From contig JAHFFW010000011.1 in the NCBI GenBank assembly GCA_023247725.1, forward strand, positions 5,089 to 69,088: DNA of 64,000 nt, in the 5' to 3' direction. Under the pieces are notes generated by a model, which was given only the letters and a program-made list of their open reading frames with translations, did not search any database and had not been told where the DNA came from. Of the stretch, positions 22,886-33,925 are shown piece by piece. Positions within the stretch are counted from its first letter, which is position 1, and each line of letters starts with the position of its first letter. The DNA is from Candidatus Omnitrophota bacterium (GTDB lineage Bacteria > Omnitrophota > Gorgyraeia > Zapsychrales > JAHFFX01). Made by a program: the position numbers and the translations under genes.

Positions 22886-23722
22886 ATGGGATTACGAAGT
22901 TTTAAACCAACGACACCCGGTTTGCGGCATTCGGTCATCTCGGATTTTAAGGAAATTACGAAATCCTATCCGGAAAAATCCTTATTGCGGCCTCTGAAGC
23001 AATCCGGGGGACGCAATAACCGGGGACGGATCACCTCGCGTCATCGGGGACGCGGACATAAACGGTTATACCGGCTCATTGATTTTAAACGTGACCGCAT
23101 TGATAGTCCGGCAAAGGTTTTGGCGATAGAGTATGATCCAAACCGGACCAGCCGCATCGCGCTCATTGAATACGTGGACAAAAAAAAATCCTACATCATT
23201 GCGCCTTTAGAATTGAGGGTCGGCGATGAGATCATGAGCACCAATGATAAAGAGGTCGAGATGCGGGCGGGCAATTGCCTGCCTCTGGCCCGGATCCCTT
23301 TGGGGACAGCGATTCATAATATCGAATTACAGCCCGGTAAGGGAGGACAGATTGTTCGGGCCGCGGGCTCATCGGCACAATTGATGGCGAAGGAAGGTGG
23401 ATTTGGCCAGGTCCGATTGCCTTCTAACGAAGTTCGAAAGATCAGATTGGAATGCCGGGCGACGATCGGCCAGATCGGCAATGTGGAAAATGAATCCTTG
23501 TCGATCGGTAAGGCTGGCCGATCGCGGTGGCTGGGCCGCAAGCCCCAATCCCGCGGCGTGGTCATGAATCCGCATGACCATCCGCACGGTGGGGGAGAAG
23601 GCAAGGCGCCGCAGGGCAATCCGCATCCCGTCACTCCCTGGGGCAAACCGACCAAGGGATTCCGCACCCGCCGTCGCCGGAAATATTCGGATCCATTCAT
23701 TGTGAAACGAAGGACAAAATAA
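22886..23722 (+). CDS. rplB: 50S ribosomal protein L2
   Basis: [20 protein letters not shown]. Confidence 0.99.
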   Translation: MGLRSFKPTTPGLRHSVISDFKEITKSYPEKSLLRPLKQSGGRNNRGRITSRHRGRGHKRLYRLIDFKRDRIDSPAKVLAIEYDPNRTSRIALIEYVDKKKSYIIAPLELRVGDEIMSTNDKEVEMRAGNCLPLARIPLGTAIHNIELQPGKGGQIVRAAGSSAQLMAKEGGFGQVRLPSNEVRKIRLECRATIGQIGNVENESLSIGKAGRSRWLGRKPQSRGVVMNPHDHPHGGGEGKAPQGNPHPVTPWGKPTKGFRTRRRRKYSDPFIVKRRTK

Positions 23723-23723
23723 G

Positions 23724-24011
23724 ATGAGCCGTTCCATTAAAAAAGGACCCTACGTCGCCGACGATTTGGTGAAAAAAATTGAAAGGATAAACCGTCTGGG
23801 CCAGAAACAGCCGATCCGAACCTGGTCACGGCGGTCCACCATTACCCCGGATTTCGTCGGGATGACGATTGCCATTCATGATGGCCGCAAGCATGTCCCG
23901 GTTTTTATTACGGAAAATATGGTTGGATACAAATTAGGAGAATTTGCCCCGACGCGGATTTTCCGCAAGCACGGCGGTGTCAAGGCTAAGAAGTCGCCGG
24001 ATAAAACGTAA
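23724..24011 (+). CDS. rpsS: 30S ribosomal protein S19
   Basis: [16 protein letters not shown]. Confidence 0.98.
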   Translation: MSRSIKKGPYVADDLVKKIERINRLGQKQPIRTWSRRSTITPDFVGMTIAIHDGRKHVPVFITENMVGYKLGEFAPTRIFRKHGGVKAKKSPDKT

Positions 24012-24048
24012 TGTGTTATAAAACATACAGTTTTTATTTCTCAATAAG

Positions 24049-24384
24049 ATGATCGCGAAAGCCAAAGGACAATTTATTCGAATCTCGCCGATGAAAATTC
24101 GCCAGGTCATTGATCTTATCCGCGGCAAGGATGTCATGACCTCGTTAGCCGTTTTGCTTCATACCCACAAGGGTGCCTGCCGGCCATTGACGAAGATTTT
24201 GAACTCGGCCATCAGCTCTGCCAAGCAAAAGGGTTTGAGCGAGGAACAGCTTTATATTTCGCGCATCATCGCGGATCAAGGACCTTCATGGAAACGATAT
24301 CGAGCGGCGGCGTTCGGCCGGGCCACACCCATTTTGAAACGCACGTCGCATGTCACCATTGAATTGGACCTCATCACCAAATAG
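24049..24384 (+). CDS. rplV: 50S ribosomal protein L22
   Basis: RISP.K.R, KRTSHVTI. Confidence 0.97.
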   Translation: MIAKAKGQFIRISPMKIRQVIDLIRGKDVMTSLAVLLHTHKGACRPLTKILNSAISSAKQKGLSEEQLYISRIIADQGPSWKRYRAAAFGRATPILKRTSHVTIELDLITK

Positions 24385-24393
24385 GAGAAAACC

Positions 24394-25098
24394 GTGGGAC
24401 AAAAAGTCAGCCCGCTCATTATCCGCATCGGCTATATCAAGAACTGGCGAAGCCTTTGGTATGCCGACAAAAAAGAATTTTCTAAAAACATTGCCGAAGA
24501 TTTTAAAATTCGCCACTATATTAAAAAACGATTCATTCAGGCGGCGATTTCCCGGATTGAGATCGAACGGCTTTCCGAACAAGTCAAAGTGAAAATTTAT
24601 TCTGCCCGTCCGGGTGTGATCATCGGCCGTCGCGGCGCGGACATCGATAAATTGCGGACGGAGCTGGGAAAATTGAGCCCGAAACAAATTCAAGTCGAAA
24701 CCCACGAAATCAAAAATCCGGCGATCGACGCCCAATTGGTGGCGCAAAGCGTGGCCTTTCAGCTGGAGAAAAGGGTTGCATTCCGACGCGCCATGAAAAG
24801 AGCCATTGACCAGGCCATGACCTCCGGCGCCAAGGGGATTAAAATCAGCTGCGCCGGCCGGTTGGGCGGGGCAGAGATGTCCCGGCGGGAAACCTATAAA
24901 GAAGGGAAGCTCCCTTTGCAAACCTTTCGTGCGGATGTGGATTATGGTTTTGCCGAGGCCCTGACCACCTACGGAATTCTGGGAGTCAAATGCTGGGTGT
25001 ACAAAGGTGATATCATCCAGGATGGAATGCCTAAATCCGACGCACAACTGTTGGAAGATTTCAATAAGACCAAACCCGCCAGCGTTAAAGAGGAATAA
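24394..25098 (+). CDS. rpsC: 30S ribosomal protein S3
   Basis: GTG start; GQKVSP, RPGVIIGRRG, GRLGGAE. Confidence 0.98.
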   Translation: MGQKVSPLIIRIGYIKNWRSLWYADKKEFSKNIAEDFKIRHYIKKRFIQAAISRIEIERLSEQVKVKIYSARPGVIIGRRGADIDKLRTELGKLSPKQIQVETHEIKNPAIDAQLVAQSVAFQLEKRVAFRRAMKRAIDQAMTSGAKGIKISCAGRLGGAEMSRRETYKEGKLPLQTFRADVDYGFAEALTTYGILGVKCWVYKGDIIQDGMPKSDAQLLEDFNKTKPASVKEE

Positions 25099-25101
25099 AT
25101 C

Positions 25102-25521
25102 ATGGTGTTAATGCCCCGACGAGTCAAATACCGAAAATCCCAACGGGGAAAAACCCGTGGCATCGCCACCCGCGGCAACACACTCCTCTACGGAGAATTC
25201 GGATTAAAGGCGCTCGAAAATGGTTTTGTGAAAAGCAATCATATCGAGGCGGCGCGCGTCGTTGTCGCCCGGAAATCCCGAGGGGCCGGAAAGCTCTGGA
25301 TCAATATTTTTCCGAATAAACCCGTGACCAAGAAACCTCCGGAAACCCGCATGGGAAAAGGAAAAGGCGATTTGAACCATTGGGGCTGCGTGATCAAGCG
25401 CGGAAAGGTTTTGTTTGAATTATCCGGTGTCCCCGTGGCCTTCGCCAAAGAGCTCTTTCGTCTGGTTGCCTTTAAACTTCCGGTGAGGACCCGTTTTATC
25501 ACTCGGGATATCATGCATTAA
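25102..25521 (+). CDS. rplP: 50S ribosomal protein L16
   Basis: ETRMGKGKG. Confidence 0.98.
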   Translation: MVLMPRRVKYRKSQRGKTRGIATRGNTLLYGEFGLKALENGFVKSNHIEAARVVVARKSRGAGKLWINIFPNKPVTKKPPETRMGKGKGDLNHWGCVIKRGKVLFELSGVPVAFAKELFRLVAFKLPVRTRFITRDIMH

Positions 25522-25528
25522 GGAAGCC

Positions 25529-25738
25529 ATGAAATTGAAAGAACTCCAAAATCTGGGCGTGGAAGAATTGGTTCTTAAAGAGAAAGAATTAAAAAAAGAA
25601 TTATTCGATCTGCATTTCCAGAGAAAAATGGGCCGGGTGGAGAAACCCGGACGGTTCAAGGTTCTGCGTCGGGATATTGCGCGGATCTTGACGCTCATGA
25701 AGGAAAGAGAACGCGATGGAACAGCCAAGAAGCAATAA
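25529..25738 (+). CDS. rpmC: 50S ribosomal protein L29
   Basis: RRDIARILT, synteny. Confidence 0.95.
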   Translation: MKLKELQNLGVEELVLKEKELKKELFDLHFQRKMGRVEKPGRFKVLRRDIARILTLMKERERDGTAKKQ

Positions 25739-25979
25739 GCGCAAGTTTTTGTCAGGGATTGTGGTCAGCGACAAGATGAATAAGACCCGCGTTGTGCAGG
25801 TCCGCTGGTCTTCCAAGCATCCTCATTATAATAAGACCACCCGCCGCGCCAATAAGTTCAAGGCGCACGATGAGAAAAACGCCTCGAAAAGCGGGGACTC
25901 GGTGCGGATCATGGAAACGCGGCCCTTGTCCAAGGATAAGCGTTGGATCATCAGCGAAGTGATCAAGACAAAAGGTTAG
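25716..25979 (+). CDS. rpsQ: 30S ribosomal protein S17
   Basis: VVSDKMNKT, ETRPLSKDKRW. Confidence 0.97.
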   Translation: MEQPRSNKRKFLSGIVVSDKMNKTRVVQVRWSSKHPHYNKTTRRANKFKAHDEKNASKSGDSVRIMETRPLSKDKRWIISEVIKTKG

Positions 25980-25993
25980 GCCTTAAACGGCAT

Positions 25994-26362
25994 ATGATTT
26001 TTTTACGATCGATATTGGATGTTGCGGATAATACCGGTGCCCGTAAGGCCTCTTTTATCGGCGTTTTAAACAGCAAGGGCCGCTTGACCGCTCATGTGGG
26101 CGATATCGTCCGGGTCAATATCAAGGAGTCGGCCCCGGATGCGGCGGTTAAAAAAGGCGATATGGCCAAGGCCATCATCGTTCGCACCAAGTTCCCCATC
26201 CGCCGGTCAGACGGGACTTATGTTCGTTTTGATTCGAATGCGGTCGTCATCATTGACGATACCGGCAATCCCCGCGGCACCCGCGTCTTTGGACCGGTCG
26301 CGCGGGAATTGCGCAATCTTGAATATATGAAAATCGTTTCTTTGGCACCGGAGGTCATTTGA
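25994..26362 (+). CDS. rplN: 50S ribosomal protein L14
   Basis: VADNTGA, GTRVFGPVAREL; ATG 25994 preferred. Confidence 0.98.
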   Translation: MIFLRSILDVADNTGARKASFIGVLNSKGRLTAHVGDIVRVNIKESAPDAAVKKGDMAKAIIVRTKFPIRRSDGTYVRFDSNAVVIIDDTGNPRGTRVFGPVARELRNLEYMKIVSLAPEVI

Positions 26363-26673
26363 TGTTGCGCATTAAGAAAAATGATATCGTGATGGTCATT
26401 GCGGGCAAGGATAAAGGGAAAACCGGCAAGGTGATGAGGGTTTTTCCGGCCCGGCAGCGAGCCCTGGTTGAGAATATCAACGTGGTTAAAAAGGCCAAAC
26501 GCAAAACTCAGCAGGATCCGCAGGGAGGAATCCGCACGATCGAATCGCCCATTCACCTGTCGAATTTGAGCCTGATCGATAAACAGGCCAACAAACCTTC
26601 CCGTTTTGGAACAGAGGTTTTGAAAAATAGCGAAAAGGTTCGGAAAACCAAAATGAGCGGAGTTCCCGCGTGA
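26362..26673 (+). CDS. rplX: 50S ribosomal protein L24
   Basis: [20 protein letters not shown]. Confidence 0.97.
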   Translation: MLRIKKNDIVMVIAGKDKGKTGKVMRVFPARQRALVENINVVKKAKRKTQQDPQGGIRTIESPIHLSNLSLIDKQANKPSRFGTEVLKNSEKVRKTKMSGVPA

Positions 26674-26674
26674 T

Positions 26675-27220
26675 ATGAAACCTCGGTTATTCGAAAAATA
26701 TCAAAAAGAAGTCGTGCCCCAAATGCAGCAAAAATTTGGAATCAAGAATATTTATGCTGTGCCACGCTTAGAGAAGATCGTCGTGAATATGGGGGTCGGC
26801 GAGGCCATCAATGACCACAAAATCATTGATAAGGCCGCCGAGGATTTGGCGACGATCACTGGGCAAAAGCCCATGATCCGCAAAGCGACCAAGGCAATTT
26901 CCAATTTCAAATTGAGGCTGGGTATCCCTATTGGCTGCAAGGTGACGCTGCGCCGCACCAAAATGTATGAATTTTTGGATAAACTTTTGAACGTGACCTT
27001 GCCGCGCATCCGGGATTTTAACGGGGTTTCGCGCCGCTCCTTTGACCGCGAGGGCAACTACACCCTAGGACTTAAGGAACAGGCCGTCTTTCCCGAAATT
27101 GAAGCCGGCCGCATTCAACATACCCAGGGGATGGATATCACCTTTGTTTTCAATAAAAGTTCTAAAGAGGAAACCTTTGAATTGCTGCGATTGTTGGGAA
27201 TGCCCTTTGCCCCGCATTGA
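26675..27220 (+). CDS. rplE: 50S ribosomal protein L5
   Basis: [16 protein letters not shown]. Confidence 0.98.
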   Translation: MKPRLFEKYQKEVVPQMQQKFGIKNIYAVPRLEKIVVNMGVGEAINDHKIIDKAAEDLATITGQKPMIRKATKAISNFKLRLGIPIGCKVTLRRTKMYEFLDKLLNVTLPRIRDFNGVSRRSFDREGNYTLGLKEQAVFPEIEAGRIQHTQGMDITFVFNKSSKEETFELLRLLGMPFAPH

Positions 27221-27300
27221 TACAATTTGTTTTTTTCAAAGAATAGGTTCATGGGAAATTTCATTTAAAACAATTCCAGAGTCAAGAGAAAGAAAGTTCA

Positions 27301-27486
27301 ATGGCGAGAAAATGTTTACGCAATAAGGCAGCAGCAAAACCCAAGTTTTCCAGCCGCAAGTACAACCGTTGTCCTTTGTGCGGCCGGGCGCGGGGATTCT
27401 TGCGCCGCTTTGGCGCCTGCCGGATTTGTTTTCGGGAACTCGCCTGGAAGGGCGAAATCCCCGGCGTTCGAAAAGCCAGTTGGTAA
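27301..27486 (+). CDS. rpsZ: 30S ribosomal protein S14, 61-aa zinc type
   Basis: CPLC...[13 protein letters not shown]. Confidence 0.96.
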   Translation: MARKCLRNKAAAKPKFSSRKYNRCPLCGRARGFLRRFGACRICFRELAWKGEIPGVRKASW

Positions 27487-27509
27487 AATTATAGAAAGAG
27501 ATAAGCCTT

Positions 27510-27908
27510 ATGTCCGTGACGGATCCCATTAGCAATCTATTGACCAATATTCGCAATGCCATGCATGCGAAGAAAGAAACCGTTGATATCCCTGCCTCTC
27601 GCTTGGGAGGGAAGATTCTCGAGATTTTTAAGAATGACGGGTACATCGAGGATTTTCGTTTGTTGAAAGATGATAAGCAGGGGCTCTTCAAAATTTATTT
27701 GAAATACGGTCAGGATAAAGAACCGGCCATTATCGGGATCAAGCGTGTATCGAAACCGGGTTTGCGGGTTTATTGCCGTCGGGATCGCGTGCCCCGAGTC
27801 ATTAATGGATTAGGGACAGCGGTTCTGACCACCTCGCGAGGAATCATGACCGATCGGGAGGCCCGAAAGAATAAAGTCGGCGGCGAGGTCCTTTGTTATA
27901 TTTGGTAG
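27510..27908 (+). CDS. rpsH: 30S ribosomal protein S8
   Basis: TDPI..LT.IRNA, SKPGLRVY, GGEVLC. Confidence 0.98.
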   Translation: MSVTDPISNLLTNIRNAMHAKKETVDIPASRLGGKILEIFKNDGYIEDFRLLKDDKQGLFKIYLKYGQDKEPAIIGIKRVSKPGLRVYCRRDRVPRVINGLGTAVLTTSRGIMTDREARKNKVGGEVLCYIW

Positions 27909-27933
27909 ATTGCAAACACCAAAAGGTTAAAAG

Positions 27934-28473
27934 ATGTCCAGAATTGGAAAAATTCCAGTAACCGTGCCCAAGGACGTTAAAATTGCGATCAATAATGGAG
28001 CGGTCTTAGTGACTGGACCAAAAGGAAAGATTCATTTGAGTCTTGCCGCCGGCATCGTCCTGGAACAGAAAGAGGATAAACTTTTGGTCAACCGTCGCAG
28101 CGATCAAAAGCAGGATCGCGCCAATCATGGAACCGTGCGGGCGATTTTGGTCAACATGATGAAAGGGGTTACGCAAGGGCATCGCATTGATCTGGAGATT
28201 CAAGGCGTTGGTTTCCGCGCCCAGGTCCAGGGTCAAAAATTATCATTGAACTTAGGTTTTAGCCATCCGGTGGAATTTCCGGTTCCGGAAGGCGTCAAGG
28301 TCTTGACCCCCAAACCGACCGAGATTTCCATTGAAGGTGTGGACAACGCCCTCGTCGGAGAAGTAGCCGCCAATATCCGCGGGCTCAAACCGCCGGAGCC
28401 TTATAAAGGAAAAGGGATCCGTTACGCCGGCGAGTATGTTCGTCGCAAACAAGGCAAGTCGGTCACTAAATAA
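27934..28473 (+). CDS. rplF: 50S ribosomal protein L6
   Basis: MSRIGK, PEPYKGKGI. Confidence 0.98.
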   Translation: MSRIGKIPVTVPKDVKIAINNGAVLVTGPKGKIHLSLAAGIVLEQKEDKLLVNRRSDQKQDRANHGTVRAILVNMMKGVTQGHRIDLEIQGVGFRAQVQGQKLSLNLGFSHPVEFPVPEGVKVLTPKPTEISIEGVDNALVGEVAANIRGLKPPEPYKGKGIRYAGEYVRRKQGKSVTK

Positions 28474-28479
28474 GATGTC

Positions 28480-28842
28480 ATGGCTAATCCCAAAGGATTG
28501 AGAAGATATCTGCGTCACCGTCGGATCCGTAAAAGCGTTCAGGGCACCAGCGACCGACCAAGAATTTGCATCCACCGCAGTCTTAATCATCTGCAAGCTC
28601 AAATGATTGATGACATAACCGGTAAAGTGCTTTTTGGGATTTCCACCCTGGATAAGAATTTGCGTTCGACGTTAAAAAGCGGAGGCAATATCCAGGCCGC
28701 CACGGCTCTGGGAGAAAGATTGGCGGAGGTGGCCAAAAAAAAGGGGATTACCAAGGTATGCTTTGACCGGGGAGGATATTTGTATCATGGTCGGGTAAAG
28801 GCCTTCGCGGAAGCGGCCCGTCAAGCCGGCTTGGAATTTTGA
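28480..28842 (+). CDS. rplR: 50S ribosomal protein L18
   Basis: [12 protein letters not shown]. Confidence 0.98.
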   Translation: MANPKGLRRYLRHRRIRKSVQGTSDRPRICIHRSLNHLQAQMIDDITGKVLFGISTLDKNLRSTLKSGGNIQAATALGERLAEVAKKKGITKVCFDRGGYLYHGRVKAFAEAARQAGLEF

Positions 28843-28870
28843 ACCGAGCGATATATTCGAGAGAAGCCAG

Positions 28871-29551
28871 ATGAATAAAGAAAAGAAAAATAAAGAACCC
28901 AATAAGGAGAATTTGCCGGTCAACGCCGTTCCCGCAACCCAACCGGAGACGGAAACTTCCGCCCCCGGCCCAAAGCGGGAAAAGGGTCCTAAAAAGCCAT
29001 TCGCCAGGAAACGCGAAGGCGTGGCATCGGAATTTGTGGAAAAAGTCATTGCCATCAACCGTGTCACCAAGGTTACCAAAGGCGGCAAGCGCCTGGCTTT
29101 TAGCGCCCTTGTCGTCGTTGGAGATACCAAAGGCCGAGTGGGTTATGGTTTGCAGAAAGCGAGCGAGGTTGCTTACGCGATTAAGAAATCTTTATCCGTC
29201 GCTAAAAAAAGTATGATCCGCGTGCACTTGGCGGAGTCGACCATTCCTCATGAAGTGATCGGGGTTTGCGGCGCTTCCGCCGTCATGCTCAAACCCGCTT
29301 CCGAAGGAACCGGTGTCATTGCCGCGGGACCGGTGCGGGCGGTTTGTGACTCCGTCGGGATTCGTAATATTTTGACCAAATGCCATCGCTCGAATAATCC
29401 CATCAATGTGGTCAAGGCCACCTTCGATGGATTGACCAAGCTCAAGGCGAGAAAACAGGAATTCCTTGTGCCGGAGGCCAACGCTCCTCAAGAATCCGGA
29501 GAAATACAAAATGCAGCTGCACGAACTGAAATCCCCCCTCGGCTCACGTAA
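28871..29551 (+). CDS. rpsE: 30S ribosomal protein S5 with N- and C-terminal extensions
   Basis: [20 protein letters not shown]. Confidence 0.97.
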   Translation: MNKEKKNKEPNKENLPVNAVPATQPETETSAPGPKREKGPKKPFARKREGVASEFVEKVIAINRVTKVTKGGKRLAFSALVVVGDTKGRVGYGLQKASEVAYAIKKSLSVAKKSMIRVHLAESTIPHEVIGVCGASAVMLKPASEGTGVIAAGPVRAVCDSVGIRNILTKCHRSNNPINVVKATFDGLTKLKARKQEFLVPEANAPQESGEIQNAAARTEIPPRLT

Positions 29552-29981
29552 GCGCCGGAAGATTGTCGGACGAGGACAAGGCTCTGGCCATGGCAAAACG
29601 TCTTGTCGCGGTCACGATGGACAAGGTCAACGCCCGGGGCGCGGACCGCTATTGTCGTCGGAAGGCGGGCAAATGCCGCTCATCCGGCGTTTACCGAAAG
29701 TGGGTTTTCGCAGCAAGCGCCCGGTCATTTATCAAGTGGTTAATTTAGAAAGCTTACAGCGCATCAAAGAGGGGACGGTGGTGGATGCCGCTTATCTAAA
29801 AAGCCATGGTCTTATCAAAAGCCCGGCAAAGCCTTTTAAAATCCTGGGCAATGGGGAGATCACCAGGGCCCTCACCATCAAGGCCCACAGTTTTTCCAAA
29901 TCCGCTCAGGAAAAAATTTTGGCCGCCGGCGGAACAGCCGAAACCATGCAGTCCATTGTTCCCTTGGAACATCCGGCTTAA
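29511..29981 (+). CDS. rplO: 50S ribosomal protein L15
   Basis: [18 protein letters not shown]; GGAG before ATG 29511. Confidence 0.97.
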   Translation: MQLHELKSPLGSRKRRKIVGRGQGSGHGKTSCRGHDGQGQRPGRGPLLSSEGGQMPLIRRLPKVGFRSKRPVIYQVVNLESLQRIKEGTVVDAAYLKSHGLIKSPAKPFKILGNGEITRALTIKAHSFSKSAQEKILAAGGTAETMQSIVPLEHPA

Positions 29982-30007
29982 TCAAGGTATCTTCAGGGAT
30001 CAAAATC

Positions 30008-31354
30008 ATGTTAGCCGCATTCGCCAATTGTTTCAAAATCCCCGAACTCAAAAAGAAGATCCTTTTCACTCTGGGGATCATCATTGTTTACCGGATTGGC
30101 TGCTTCTTGCCCACCCCCGGCGTTAATGGAGCGGTCCTGGCGGAATTTTTCCGGCGGATGCAGACCTCCGGGCAGGGAACGATCTTTGGCATTATGAATA
30201 TGTTTTCCGGCGGGGCTTTGCAAAAATTGACCATCTTCGCCTTAGGAATTATGCCGTACATCTCGAGTTCCATCATCATGCAGCTTTTGACGGCGGTCTT
30301 TCCGGCCTTGGAGAAATTGGCCAAGGAAGGTCACGCGGGATACATGAAGATCAATCAGTACACCCGTTATGGAACGCTCTTCTTGTCGGCAGTTCAATCT
30401 TTTTTTATTGCGCTTTGGTTAGAAAACCCACAGGCCTTTCACGGATTACAGATCGTGAGTAATCCCGGATGGGGTTTCCGGTTGATGACGGTTTTGACGT
30501 TAACGACGGGAACGATCTTTCTCATGTGGCTGGGTGAACAGATTCAAGAAAAAGGGATCGGTAACGGAATATCCCTCGTCATCGCCGCGGGAATCATTTC
30601 GGCAGCCCCTTCCGCAATCCATCAGTTGGTTTTGCTCTTATCACCCAAAACTGCGACCGTCCAGCAAATCCAGCCCTTGACGCTCGTTATCATGTGTGTG
30701 CTGCTGGTCGGCGTGATCCTTGCCATCACTCTCATCACGCAAGGGCAAAGGAAGATCCCTGTGCAGTATGCCCGGCGGATTGTGGGACGCAAGGTTTACG
30801 GCGGACAGAGCACCTATCTCCCTTTGAAGGTGGACACCTCCGGCGTCATTGCCATTATTTTTGCGCAGTCGATTATCCTTTTCCCGGCGACGGTGGCCAG
30901 TTTTATTCCCAATGCCGCCTTTCGGCATTTCTCGGAGGTGATCGTGCGCGGCCATCTGCCTTATTACATCACCTATGGGATTTTGATCATCTTCTTTTGT
31001 TATTTTTACACGGCGATTGTTTTTAATCCCGTCGATGTGGCCGAGAATATGAAGAAGCACGGAGGATTCATTCCCGGGGTTCGACCCGGATCACCCACAG
31101 CAGAGTATTTGGATTTTGTTTTAACCCGCATCACGTTGGCCGGCGCTGTTTTTGTTTGCGTCATCGCCATTATGCCGGATGCCATTATGGCAGCTTTTAA
31201 AGTTCCGTATTTGGTGGCCTCATTTTTTGGCGGCACCGGGGTTCTCATTGTCGTTGGGGTTATGCTCGACACCATGAAGCAAATTGAATCGCATCTTTTG
31301 ACGCGCCACTATGAAGGTTTTATGAAGTCCGGACAATTAAAGGCACGACGATGA
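30008..31354 (+). CDS. secY: Preprotein translocase SecY
   Basis: IFALGIMPYI, GIGNGISL, IPGVRPG. Confidence 0.98.
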   Translation: MLAAFANCFKIPELKKKILFTLGIIIVYRIGCFLPTPGVNGAVLAEFFRRMQTSGQGTIFGIMNMFSGGALQKLTIFALGIMPYISSSIIMQLLTAVFPALEKLAKEGHAGYMKINQYTRYGTLFLSAVQSFFIALWLENPQAFHGLQIVSNPGWGFRLMTVLTLTTGTIFLMWLGEQIQEKGIGNGISLVIAAGIISAAPSAIHQLVLLLSPKTATVQQIQPLTLVIMCVLLVGVILAITLITQGQRKIPVQYARRIVGRKVYGGQSTYLPLKVDTSGVIAIIFAQSIILFPATVASFIPNAAFRHFSEVIVRGHLPYYITYGILIIFFCYFYTAIVFNPVDVAENMKKHGGFIPGVRPGSPTAEYLDFVLTRITLAGAVFVCVIAIMPDAIMAAFKVPYLVASFFGGTGVLIVVGVMLDTMKQIESHLLTRHYEGFMKSGQLKARR

Positions 31355-32034
31355 GAATTGTTCTCTTGGGTCCGCCGGGCGCCGGCAAAGGAACCCAGGC
31401 CCAACTTCTTAAAAAGGAATTTCAACTGGTGCATATTTCCACCGGTGATATTTTTAGGGAAGAGATGAAAAAAAATACCTCCTTGGGTCAAGATCTGAAG
31501 CAATATGTAGATCAGGGGAAACTCGTTCCCGACGAGGTAGTAACCCAGATCGTTGCCAATCGGCTTAAAGGGATGGATCCCAAAGAAGGTTACTTGCTGG
31601 ATGGTTTTCCCCGGACGGTTCATCAGGCTCAAGATTTGGACCAGATCCTTGCTCAAGTCCGCCAGCCCTTAGATTATTGCATCAATATGGAAGCGTCCTT
31701 GCCGGTTATTATTCAGCGCCTCACTGGGAGGAGGGTCTGCAAGCAATGCGGCGCCGTGTACCATGCCGTCAATCGGCCGCCCCAAAAAAAGGATATTTGC
31801 GATCAATGCGCAGGCCCTTTGATGACGCGGGCCGATGACGTGGAGTCGACCATCCGGACCCGCATGAAGGAATACATGGCGAATACGGCTCCTATTGCCC
31901 GCTACTATGAACAGCAGGGAAAATTGATCAAGATTGATGCGGACCAGGATTCAGAAGATGTGCAGCAGGTCCTCTTAAAGAAGTTCATCGAGGACGGAAA
32001 AGTTGATCACGATCAAAAGCCCTCAAGAAATTGA
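31351..32034 (+). CDS. adk: Adenylate kinase with zinc lid
   Basis: GPPGAGKGTQ, LDGFPRT, CKQC...CDQC. Confidence 0.97.
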   Translation: MRIVLLGPPGAGKGTQAQLLKKEFQLVHISTGDIFREEMKKNTSLGQDLKQYVDQGKLVPDEVVTQIVANRLKGMDPKEGYLLDGFPRTVHQAQDLDQILAQVRQPLDYCINMEASLPVIIQRLTGRRVCKQCGAVYHAVNRPPQKKDICDQCAGPLMTRADDVESTIRTRMKEYMANTAPIARYYEQQGKLIKIDADQDSEDVQQVLLKKFIEDGKVDHDQKPSRN

Positions 32035-32746
32035 AAGTTTAAGGAAAGCCGGTAAGATTCTGACCGCCATTGTTCGGGAATTAAAACGTTCTTTAAAAGT
32101 GGGAATGACGACCGCCCAGATTGATGAGCGCGCCGGTGAGCTCATGGCAGCGCACAGGGTTGTGCCAGCCTTTAAGGGGTACCGGGGATTTCCCGGTGTG
32201 GCTTGCGTTTCTGTCAATCAAGAAGTCGTCCACGGCATCCCCGGCCAACGGGTGGTTCAAGAAGGGGATATCGTGAGCATTGACGTCGGCGTTATTCTCG
32301 ACGGGTTTTTTTCGGATACGGCCTTTAGCGTGGGCTTGGGGCGGCTTGCGCCCCGGCTCGCAAAATTGCTGGAGGTCACCGAGCAGGCTCTTTATAAAGG
32401 AATCGCCCAGGCAAGAGTCGAGCATCATCTCTCGGATATTTCCCACGCTGTCCAGGATTTTGTGGAATCTGAACATTTTTCGATCGTGCGGGATTTTGTC
32501 GGTCACGGGATCGGCCGATCGTTGCATGAGGACCCGGAGATTCCCAATTTTGGTCCGCCGCATCAAGGACCAATCCTTAAGGAAGGCATGGTGCTCGCCA
32601 TCGAACCGATGGTGAATCTGGGTTCATGGCAGACGCGGATTTTGGAAGATGGCTGGACGGTCGTAACCGCCGACGGAAAACCCTCGGCGCATTTTGAACA
32701 TACGGTGGCGATCACCGCCCAAGGCCCGGAGATTTTAACCGCATAA
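32003..32746 (+). CDS. map: Methionine aminopeptidase type I
   Basis: HGIP, GHGIG, AIEPM, HFEHT; TTG start. Confidence 0.97.
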   Translation: MITIKSPQEIESLRKAGKILTAIVRELKRSLKVGMTTAQIDERAGELMAAHRVVPAFKGYRGFPGVACVSVNQEVVHGIPGQRVVQEGDIVSIDVGVILDGFFSDTAFSVGLGRLAPRLAKLLEVTEQALYKGIAQARVEHHLSDISHAVQDFVESEHFSIVRDFVGHGIGRSLHEDPEIPNFGPPHQGPILKEGMVLAIEPMVNLGSWQTRILEDGWTVVTADGKPSAHFEHTVAITAQGPEILTA

Positions 32747-32750
32747 ACTC

Positions 32751-32969
32751 ATGGCGAAAGAAGACCTGATCGAAGTCGAAGGAACCGTCGCTGAGGCCCT
32801 GCCCAACGCCATGTTTCGGGTGGAATTGGACAATGGCCATAAGGTCTTAGCGCATATCTCCGGTAAGATCCGAATGCATTTTATCCGAATCCTGCCCGGG
32901 GACAAGGTGAAGGTCGAGCTTTCTCCTTACGATTTGACCCGGGGGCGGATCACCTATCGCAATAAATAA
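32751..32969 (+). CDS. infA: Translation initiation factor IF-1
   Basis: [18 protein letters not shown]. Confidence 0.98.
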   Translation: MAKEDLIEVEGTVAEALPNAMFRVELDNGHKVLAHISGKIRMHFIRILPGDKVKVELSPYDLTRGRITYRNK

Positions 32970-32992
32970 AAATCGTTTCGAATGAAAAAACT

Positions 32993-33106
32993 ATGAAAGT
33001 CAAATCATCGGTTAGAAGAATTTGCAACAAATGCAAGATTATCCGTCGGAAAAACGTCGTCCGGGTGATTTGTTCTAATCCAAAACATAAGCAAAGACAA
33101 GGATAA
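32993..33106 (+). CDS. rpmJ: 50S ribosomal protein L36 (absent from ORF track)
   Basis: Manual translation [37 protein letters not shown]. Confidence 0.97.
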   Translation: MKVKSSVRRICNKCKIIRRKNVVRVICSNPKHKQRQG

Positions 33107-33111
33107 ACCCT

Positions 33112-33495
33112 ATGCCAAGGATTTTGGGTATTGATTTACCAAAAGAAAAACGGATCGAGGCCTCCTTGCCTTATATTTATGGCATTGGCCTTCCGAGTTC
33201 TCAACGGATTTTATCGGAAGCCCAGATTGATGGCAACCGCCGCGCCAAGGATCTTTCCGATGAGGAGGTGGCTCGCATTACCTCCATCATTCAAAAAAAA
33301 TATCGAACCGAAGGCGATTTGCGCCGAGAGGTGAACCAAAACATCAAACGTTTGATTGATATTGGGACTTACCGGGGACTTCGGCATAAAAAGGGTTTGC
33401 CCGCCCGGGGACAGCGAACCAGAACGAATGCGCGCACGCGCAAAGGCAAAAGGAAGAATCTGGCCGTCATGTTGAAACCTGCGGCCGAAAAATGA
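33112..33495 (+). CDS. rpsM: 30S ribosomal protein S13
   Basis: [20 protein letters not shown]. Confidence 0.98.
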   Translation: MPRILGIDLPKEKRIEASLPYIYGIGLPSSQRILSEAQIDGNRRAKDLSDEEVARITSIIQKKYRTEGDLRREVNQNIKRLIDIGTYRGLRHKKGLPARGQRTRTNARTRKGKRKNLAVMLKPAAEK

Positions 33496-33523
33496 ACCGG
33501 AGAATCATTGATAAGGGAAATCT

Positions 33524-33913
33524 ATGGCGACCAAACCGGAAAAATCAAAGAAGAAGGCGTTAAAAGGCGTAACCAGTGGCATCGTCCACATTCAAGCGAC
33601 CTTTAACAACACCATCATCACCGTAGCCGACAAACAGGGAAATACCCTGGTTTGGGCCTCTCCGGGGATCGTCGGTTTTAGCGGATCAAAAAAGTCCACA
33701 CCCTTTGCCGCCCAGGTCGCGGGCTCGGATGCTGCCCGTCGGGCCAAAGACCTGGGGATTTTGACCGTCGATGTTCAAGTCAAGGGTCCCGGGTCAGGGC
33801 GAGAGTCAGCGATCCGAGCCATTCAAGCCGCAGGCTTGACGGTCACCTCGATCAAAGATGTGACTCCCATGCCGCACAATGGATGCCGGCCGCGGAAAAA
33901 GCGTCGGGTTTAA
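33524..33913 (+). CDS. rpsK: 30S ribosomal protein S11
   Basis: [19 protein letters not shown]. Confidence 0.98.
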   Translation: MATKPEKSKKKALKGVTSGIVHIQATFNNTIITVADKQGNTLVWASPGIVGFSGSKKSTPFAAQVAGSDAARRAKDLGILTVDVQVKGPGSGRESAIRAIQAAGLTVTSIKDVTPMPHNGCRPRKKRRV

Positions 33914-33925
33914 AGAAAGGAAACT

